A DNA stretch of 64,000 nucleotides from Octopus vulgaris (lineage: Eukaryota), in contig OX597832.1 of NCBI GenBank assembly GCA_951406725.2, positions 42,594,001-42,658,000 on the forward strand, in the 5' to 3' direction. The notes beneath the pieces are model-generated. The model was not told the DNA's origin and did no database searches. It saw only the letters and a program-made list of their open reading frames with translations. Below are positions 55,349 through 64,000 of the stretch, piece after piece. Position 1 is the stretch's first letter, and every line of letters begins with the position of its first letter. A program made the translations under genes and the position numbers.

Positions 55349-55608
55349 AACAATTGCAGCGTGGAAGGTGTTTGTAAGCCATTTAAGAAACACACAAAAG
55401 CCGTTCGATTCACTTCAACATTTAAGTTTAATTTGTCAAAATATTTTCGTCTCTATAAGACCGCGACCTGTTCACTGACAAAAATCCGTGCTGCACGGAT
55501 TTTGTGTGTTTCTTGACTGGCTTACAAACACCTTCCACGCTGCAATTGTTTTCGTTCCAGCACACGATCTCAGATCAAATCACTTGCTATGCAAGTACAT
55601 CTCCGTAA
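55349..55608. mobile_element. Family P3 element in inverted (foldback) configuration with 9-bp TSD-like flanks
   Basis: 55349-55399 is inverted relative to 55500-55550; junction palindrome AAAATCCGTGC-T-GCACGGATTTT; CATATTTTC at 55337-45 and 55609-17. Confidence 0.75.
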
Positions 55609-55873
55609 CATATTTTCACTGTTCTGCATTAATTCAACTAACAGGCACATTATAAATGTAATACATCTTTTCTTGCATTTGTTTCACAGTTCCGCTTATT
55701 TTCACTGTTTTGCAAGAATTTATAATGCGGTTAATTCACATTAATTATAATTAATTAATTATAATTAGTTGGTTAATTCAAGCATGTATGTACAGTTAGT
55801 TAATAATTGTCATACCGAAGTTTCGCCAGAACTTTGTCTTGTTACAAGTAATGTTCTTTCAATTAATTTTTTT

Positions 55874-56041
55874 TCTCTTTTACTCTTTTACTTGTTTCAG
55901 TCATTTGACTGCGGCCATGCTGGAGCACCTCCTTTAGTGGAGCAAATCGACCCCAGGACTTATTCTTTGGAAGCCTAGTACTTATTCTATCGGCCTCTTT
56001 TGCCGCATCGGTTGTCAAGCGATGTTGGGGGGTGGGGGAGA

Positions 56042-56105
<64 letters not shown>

Positions 56106-56113
56106 AACAAACA

Positions 56114-56153
<40 letters not shown>

Positions 56154-56310
56154 TACATATGTACGACGGGCTTCTTTTCAGTTTCCGTCAACCAAATTCA
56201 CTCGCAAGGTTTTGGTCGGCTCGAGGCTATAGTAGAAGACATTTGCCCAAGATGCTACGCAGTGGGACTGAATCTGGCACCATGTGATTGGTAAGCAAGC
56301 TACTTACCAC
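55874..56310 (-). mobile_element. SINE family A with internal deletion
   Basis: Tail, (CA)n and head blocks in reverse complement. Confidence 0.9.
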
Positions 56311-56817
56311 GCTAAGATTTCATGCAAATATAAGAGCAACCCTTAATTACACTCACTAACACACACGCATGCGCACGCATACACACATACATATATGAGT
56401 ATATGTGTACATAGATGTGCAGGTGTGTATGCGTGAGTGTTTCGATTTATATGAAGCTTTTAAATTAAAATATCCTTGGGAAACCCAGAGCGCCGTCTCG
56501 AAACGTTTATTAAAACGTCGATTCCCTAGCTGGGGACTTCTATGGCACAGACGATTTGTCTACGCCTGTTTAGGAAATGAGAAAGTAAATAGCCGCAACG
56601 CTCTAATAATTCTGCCAAGCCGTCGCAAAGGAGTGGTTCTCTGTTCCATCGATCCTAATCCAGTGAAAGATGAAAGTCGAAGTTGACCTCAGTGCGAATT
56701 AGACTGAAAGCATTAAGAGCCGTAAAGAGACGGAACTAATACCGTTTGGCATTTCGTCTGACGACCGAACGATTTTGACAACCAGAAGCCCCAATAAACA
56801 TATACATACGTACAAAC

Positions 56818-56866
<49 letters not shown>

Positions 56867-56867
56867 C

Positions 56868-57497
56868 ATGCATATATTTATATATTATTTATGTTATTAT
56901 ATGATCGAACGCAACGCATCCGTTTCCTAGTAAGTTTTATATATATATATATTTGTATACATACACACATACAGACTCATTTATAATGCATATATTTCTA
57001 TCTATCTATTTATGCATCTGTCTATCGATGCATCTATTTGTCTATATGTGTGTATGTGTGTGCGTGTGTGTGTGTGTGTGTTTGTGTATACATACATACG
57101 TGTGTATGTTTATACATATGTATGTATATATGTATGTGTGTGTGTATATATATATACATAGATATACATATATACATATATATATATGTATATATATATG
57201 TATATCTATGTATATATATGTATACACACACATACATATATACATATGTATATACATACACATATATGTATGTATACACAGACAAGCTCACGCACACACA
57301 CATACACACATATATAAACAAATAGATGCATCGATAGATTGATGTATAGATAGATAGATAGAAATATATGCATTATAAATGAGTGTGTATGTGTGTATGT
57401 ATACATATATATATATATATATATATATAACTTACTAGGAAAAGGTTGCGTAGCGTTCGATCATATAATAATATAAATAACATATAAATATATGCAT
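56868..57497. repeat. ~630-bp spacer-less imperfect palindrome
   Basis: TTATATGATCGAACGC..TTTCCTAGTAAGTT, ACTCATTTATAATGCATATATTTCTATC and TCTATCGATGCATCTATTTG all recur in reverse complement, symmetric about ~57181. Confidence 0.92.
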
Positions 57498-57740
57498 ATA
57501 TAGCTACATATATATGTATGTATACACGCATATATGGGTACAGGACATAAAAATAAAACCTTGAACTCAATGAGAAATGAAAACATAAAATCAAAAATAT
57601 AGAAAACGAACTTTTTTTCGAACAACGAAAAAAACAGAATCGAGACATGCAACATAAAGAATATTCCCCTTCTTCAGTTGTCCCTGTTTCATCTACTTCA
57701 TGTTTCGAACCCAAGGACACACACACACACACACATATAT

Positions 57741-57816
<76 letters not shown>

Positions 57817-57857
57817 ATATGTGAGTGTATATATATATACATTCATATATATATATA

Positions 57858-58156
57858 ATGGCCCAGTGGTTAGGGTAGCGGACTCGCTGTCGTAGGATCG
57901 CGGTTTCGATTCCCAGACCGGGCGTTGTGAGTGTTTATTGAGCGAAAACACCTAAAAGTTCCACGAGGCTCCGGCAGGGGGTTGGTGGCGATCCCTGCTG
58001 TACTCTTTCGCCACAACTTTCTCTCACTCTTTCTTCTGTTGGCCTGCTCGCTTAGCCAGCGAGGTGGCGTCATTTGAAGACTAAGATAATGCGAAGTGCA
58101 TTGTGACCAGCGATGTGCAGCAACATCTGATAGCCTGGTCGGTCACGATGATCACG

Positions 58157-58160
<4 letters not shown>
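57858..58160 (+). mobile_element. SINE family C, alternative tail
   Basis: TGGCCCAGTGGTTAGGG...GGTTTCGATTCCCAGACCGGGCG; diverges from the 14858 copy after CAACTTTCTCTCAC. Confidence 0.88.
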
Positions 58161-58212
<52 letters not shown>

Positions 58213-58657
58213 CATATATACATATATATGTATATACATGTATCTAACTATGTATGCATGCGCGCGTGTGTGTGTCTGTGTGTTTTGTGTTTGTGTTTGC
58301 GTGTGCGCGATGTGTTGTAACAAGTTTAGAGAGTAAATTGTTTTTGGATATTTAGTAATCATATTCTTATGCTCACACACAAACGCACACACAAACACAC
58401 ACTCACGCACGCACATACACGCACATGTATATATATATATAAGTGTGTGTGTGTGTGTGTGTGTGTGTGCGTTTGTGTGTGTGTGTGTGTGTGTTTGTGT
58501 GCGTGCGTGTGTACTTGCCCGTGTCTATCTGTATCATTCTTGAAATCAATAATACATTTATCTCTCGTCAGCTAGAAACACATCCCTCACTTCCCTCCTC
58601 ACCATATGCATACGTTCAACCATCCATAGATAGATAGATAAATAGATAGATAGATAT

Positions 58658-58700
<43 letters not shown>

Positions 58701-58719
58701 TATAGATAGATAGATAGAC

Positions 58720-58754
<35 letters not shown>

Positions 58755-59137
58755 GAGAGAGATAGATAGATAGATAGATAGACAAATTGATAAATATATA
58801 GGTAGATAGATAAATAGCTAGATAGATTTATGTATACATACATTCATACACACATACATAACGTTATACAGACGCACATATATTCATATACATTAATGCA
58901 TGTATACATAGATGTATGCAGGCTGTAATACAGACGTCACACGTACAAATATGAATTCATACATGCACACTTCTACAGTTATGTCTCTGTAAAATACTTA
59001 CTAAACAAATCGCGTTCATATCAGACACAATCAAATCGGACGATAATTACATTAGCACGAACACATTGTTTCGCATGAGCACACGTACACGTCAATACAC
59101 CAACACAACCACATACGTACGTACATACATACATACA

Positions 59138-59188
<51 letters not shown>

Positions 59189-59396
59189 GTATATATTTCT
59201 GAACACCAGTACAGATACGCACGGGAGGCGCTGCAAATATGCACACATTGAAATGCTGTAATAGTTATATCACAGCATTATATGATAGAATCATAGATTA
59301 CAAACACTTGCAGATGATTGGTTACAGATAGGCACGTATGCTCTAATACATATATACATACATACCTATACATACATACATATATATATACATACA

Positions 59397-59458
<62 letters not shown>

Positions 59459-59629
59459 CATACATATATACACACACACATATATATGTATATATATATA
59501 TATATATATATCTATATATATCTATATATCTATATACATACACACGTCCTTACATTCATATACATATGTAAGGATATATATACATATATCTATATGTGTA
59601 CGTGTGCATATGTATACATGTATACATAT

Positions 59630-59690
59630 ACTCTTTTACTCTTTTACTTGTTTTAGTCATTTGACTGTGGCCATGCTGGAGCACCGCCTT
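59630..59690 (-). mobile_element. SINE family A 3' tip
   Basis: CTCTTTTACTCTTTTACTTG...GGCCATGCTGGAGCACCGCCTTTA. Confidence 0.85.
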
Positions 59691-59696
59691 TATATG

Positions 59697-59768
<72 letters not shown>

Positions 59769-59840
59769 CATACATACATTTGAGTATATGTAATATATAC
59801 ATATATATATATGTGTGTGTGTGTATGTATATATAGGTAT

Positions 59841-60076
59841 GTGGAGTCGCAATGGCCTAGTGGTTAGGGCAGCGGATTCACGGTCATAGGATCGCAGTTT
59901 CGATTCCCAGCCCGAGCGTTCTGAGTGTTTATTGAGCGAAAACTCCTAAATCTCCACGAGGCTCCGGCGGGGGGTGGGGGTGGCGTACCTTGCTGTATTA
60001 TTTCACCACAACTTTCTCTCACTCTTTCTTGCTGTTTCTGTTGCACCTGTATTTCAAAAGCCAGCCTTGCCATACT
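59841..60076 (+). mobile_element. SINE family C, 3' truncated
   Basis: TGGCCTAGTGGTTAGGGCAGCGG head and body collinear with 14858-15233. Confidence 0.88.
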
Positions 60077-60317
60077 CTACTGCTGTCTTTGATCATGTTG
60101 TTGACATTGTTGTAATCGTCCTTGAAATTTTTCGTGTGTGTGTATGAATTCCTTTCGTATGCTGTACGTACCCGTGCCCTCTATACAGATTCATTTATTT
60201 ATTTTACCTATCTCTATATCTTATATCTATCTCAGGTATGTGACAAGTATATTTATATATTTACTTATCAATCTATTTGTCACATACCTGTGATAAATAT
60301 AAGATATCCAGATAGAT

Positions 60318-60722
60318 AGGCGCGGGAGTGGATGTGTGGTAAGTAGCTTGCTTACCAGCCACATGGTTCCGGGTTCAGTCCCACTGCGTGGCACCTTGGG
60401 CAAGTGTCTTCTGCTATAACCCCGGGCCGACCAATGCCTTGTGAGTGGATTTGGTAGACGGAAACTGAAAGAAGCCTGTCGTATATATGTATATATATAT
60501 ATATATGTATGTGTTTGTGTGTCTGTCTTTGTCCCCCTAGCATTGCTTGACAACCGATGCTGGTGTGTTTACGTCCCCGTAACTTAGCGGTTAGGCAAAA
60601 GGAGACCGATAGAATAAGTACTGGGCTTACAAAGAATAAGTCCCGGAGTAGATTTGCTCGACTAAAGGCGGTGCTCCAGCATGGCCGCAGTCAAATGACT
60701 GAAACAAGAAAAAAGAGAAAGA
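60318..60722 (+). mobile_element. SINE family A, full length
   Basis: Complete head, internal microsatellite, tail. Confidence 0.92.
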
Positions 60723-61184
60723 GAAGGAGAATAGATAAAATAAATAAATCTATATAGAAGGCATGGATACATACAACATACGAAGCGAACCCATACACAC
60801 ACACACAAACACACACGCAAGAAATTTCACAGACGGCCGCAATAATGTCAACATCACGATTAACAACGACAGCAGCAGCGGCGGTGGCAACGATGGCAAT
60901 GACAACAACTACCACGACGGCAACACCGTGAGGAAACACACAAACACAGAGGCATACAGGAACTGTACCGTATGTTGGGGTCTTAGGACAGCAGCAGCAA
61001 AATGGAGTGAGATGATGGGATTGACGAGAAGGATACATTGCTGCTAAAAACAATGAAACACACACACACATACATAAATACACGCGCTCACACACACACG
61101 CACACACACACACATACTCAGTCACACAAACAAGACCACAAACGCATGCGCACATTATGATACACATCTTGGAAGAACAGAACT

Positions 61185-61985
61185 ATCACCACCACCACCA
61201 CCAATCCTATTGCCTCCATCAACACGTTCACAATCACCACTTACACCCCCGAGCCCCCGCAATTATCACAGTCATAACGTCTACCCCCCCCCCCCCCCTC
61301 AATCACCACCACCACGACCACTGTCTGAAGCACCATCACCATCACCACCACCACCACCACCACGACCACTGTCTGAAGCACCATCACCATCACCACCACC
61401 ACCACCACCACCACCATCACTACTACTACCACCGCCGCCTCCGTCACCATCACCACCACTGTCGCCACCACCACCACCACCACCACCACCACCATTACTA
61501 CTATTTTTTCCACTACCACTACTAAGAAAATCACTATCATCTGTATCACCACAAAGCACCATCATCAACACCGCTGCCATCACCTACATGAATACTCTCC
61601 ATCACCACCATCACCACCAAGAACAACAACAACAGCATCATCATCATCATCACCACTATTTTTCCGTAAATCTCTGTTACCACCAAACTCTCCCACCACC
61701 ACCACCACCACCACCACCACCACCACCACACTTTCCACAATTCTTTCCACAATTACCAACAATACTCCTCCACCATTCCCAACACCACCACCTCCACCAC
61801 CACCACCACAACCACCACCACCACCACAACCACCACCACCACCACCACCACCACACTTTCCACCAATTACCACCACCACCACCACCACCATCAACGCCAC
61901 CACACTTTCCACAATTCTTTCCACAACTACCAACAATACTCCATCACCACTCCCACCACTATCAGCACCACCAACACCACAATTA
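61185..61985. repeat. (CAC)n-rich tract with local duplications
   Basis: CGACCACTGTCTGAAGCACCATCACC twice; CACTTTCCACAATTCTTTCCACAA twice. Confidence 0.9.
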
Positions 61986-62480
61986 GCCACATCATTTAAA
62001 AACAAACAAACAAACAAACAAATATAAAACCAAACAAAAAAAAGGGACAAGCCTAACATTGTTGTCCCCACTTTACAGTAAATCCGTCACTCGCTGCGGA
62101 ATCTTTTGATATTTTCGCACGAACAGATGTTGCGGTGAAACTGCAAACATGGCGTTGAACATATGTCTATCAATACTGGCCGGCGTTTAGAAACACTTCC
62201 GTCATTTATGAACACTTCCGGGAATGCTAATCGCATGCCTAAGTGCATGCTCGTACATTCATAAACGCCAACGCTCTCACATGTACAGTGAAATACACGC
62301 GCAAACACACATGTATATGTATGAGTGAGTATGTGTGTGTGTATGTTATATATATATGCATATCACCTATCTATATCTACACACACATCTATACGCACGC
62401 ATACGCACAGGCGTGCGCGCGCACACACATGTATATGTATGAGTGAGTATGTGTGTGTGTGTATGTTATATATATATGCA

Positions 62481-62627
<147 letters not shown>

Positions 62628-62663
62628 TTATCTATCTATCTAGAACGCCATGCTGGATCGTTA

Positions 62664-62880
62664 GTCCCTACACGCAATTTTTTTCTCTCCTTGTTTCTCT
62701 CCTTGTTTCTTTTCTGTGTATCTTTCTGTCGAAGAGCGTAGGCTCGAAACGTAAAAGACTTGTTTTATTTCTATTGCTGAGTGCCATACTAATACATTAT
62801 TTGTTTGTACTCCACCTGCCTTCGTCTTTTGTTTATTTTCGTAAACCTGCCTTCGTCTTTGATTATTTTCGTAAACCTTC
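62664..62880 (+). mobile_element. Penelope-like terminal repeat family P1 with ~31-bp tandem duplication at the 3' end
   Basis: CTTT-CTGTCGA-A-GAGC(GTAG)GCTC-GAAA-CGTA-AAAG at 62722-62757; CCTGCCTTCGTCTTT..TTATTTTCGTAAA twice. Confidence 0.6.
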
Positions 62881-62882
62881 CG

Positions 62883-62980
<98 letters not shown>

Positions 62981-62981
<1 letters not shown>

Positions 62982-63441
62982 ACTACTGCAGAAACATATT
63001 GCCTTGAAATTGCCAAAATGAATGCAAAACTGCTAATCCTCCATCCCAGACTGGTCAACAGAAGAGGGCCAATCATTCTTCTTGACAATGCTCGACCACA
63101 CATTTCACTAAAGTTGAGGGAACTTGGCTACGAAGTTCTTCACCACCCAGCTTATTCCCCAGACCTTTCTCTTACAGACTACCACTTTTACAAGCACATT
63201 GATGGTCTCGTACGAGAGAAGGAGTTAAAAAATTCAAACGGATGCTGAAAGTGCGTTCAAAGAGTTCATCAACTCCAGATTTTTATGTTACCGGAATAAA
63301 CAAACTTGTAACTCGTTGGCAAAAATGTGTTGATTGTAATGGTCCTTACTTTGATGAATAAAAGTTCCGCATTGTTGAAATATATTGTGATGAAGGTCAT
63401 GTTTCAAAACGTTGCTTACTTTTTACTTTTACTCAGCCTGA
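62981..63441 (+). pseudogene. Mariner transposase pseudogene, 3' half (cecropia/Hsmar1-like) with decayed right TIR
   Basis: LDNARPH...LGYEVLHHPAYSPDLSLTDYHFYKH, then after frameshifts DFYVTGINKLVTRWQKCVDCNGPYFDE* (stop ~63361). Confidence 0.93.
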
Positions 63442-63743
63442 CACATACTTTATGGTGACACACATATATCTACATAAAGAAGCATACTGGCTCTAAACAA
63501 GTTCATGTTTCATATACGTTTCAAAAATTACAATTTATATTATAAATAGATACACGTGACAGTGAGTAATACATACGTACATTAATATATGTATATGCAT
63601 ATGTATATGCACACACGTGCACATATGTATGTATATATGTAAGTATGTTTGTATAGATATATAGATACATATTTACATATATATATGTGTTTGTGGGTGT
63701 GTGTATTATAAAGCAGACAGACACACGTATTCTGTATATATAT

Positions 63744-63813
<70 letters not shown>

Positions 63814-63815
<2 letters not shown>

Positions 63816-63842
63816 AGCAGAGATATCCGGCGTTGCTCGGGA
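63814..63842 (-). mobile_element. Helitron 3'-end remnant
   Basis: Reverse complement CCCGAGCAACGCCGGATATCTCTGCTTG resembles 23102-23129. Confidence 0.55.
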
Positions 63843-63859
63843 CTAAAATGGTATACTTT

Positions 63860-64000
63860 TTTATTGTTTAACTTCTTACAGTCATGTGACTGCAGCTAAG
63901 CTGGAGCACTGCCTTCAATCGAAGAAATTGACTCCAGAATTTATTCTTTGTAAGTGTAGTACCTATTTCTCACTACATCGATTGTCTCTTTGCCTCCCGC
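63860..64000 (-). mobile_element. Diverged SINE family A 3' end
   Basis: CAGTCATGTGACTGCAG...GCTGGAGCACTGCCTT...TTATTCTTTGTAAG. Confidence 0.75.

Noticed and set aside
62981-63361. SETMAR host gene
   Set aside because: No SET domain; 5' half missing and frameshifts present, so it is an ordinary mariner relic

Overview
Eukaryotic (animal) genomic DNA, not prokaryotic: AT-rich, saturated with microsatellites and decayed transposable elements. The SINE families and microsatellite load resemble Octopus (cephalopod) DNA as I recall it; this is inference, not verified. I find no intact host protein-coding gene, and almost all ORFs in the track are microsatellite translations (YI, HT, CV, LSIY, poly-N/I/H). 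Supportable content: about 25 tRNA-derived SINE copies in 4 families (my labels A-D), a decayed R4/Dong-type LINE (8.2-10.4 kb), a Tx1/L1-type fragment with TSD, several Tc1/mariner remnants, two non-autonomous Helitrons with intact termini, and many short Penelope-like terminal repeats, often as inverted pairs. The most interesting signal is that these short repeats carry minimal type-I hammerhead-ribozyme-like motifs. Their cores vary between families but keep the 3-8 base pair by covariation (C-G, U-A, G-C). Also notable: a ~630-bp spacer-less palindrome (56.9-57.5 kb), SINE multimers with a fixed 184-185 bp period, and several unique-sequence islands with promoter-like motif clusters. Element boundaries were read by eye and are approximate.
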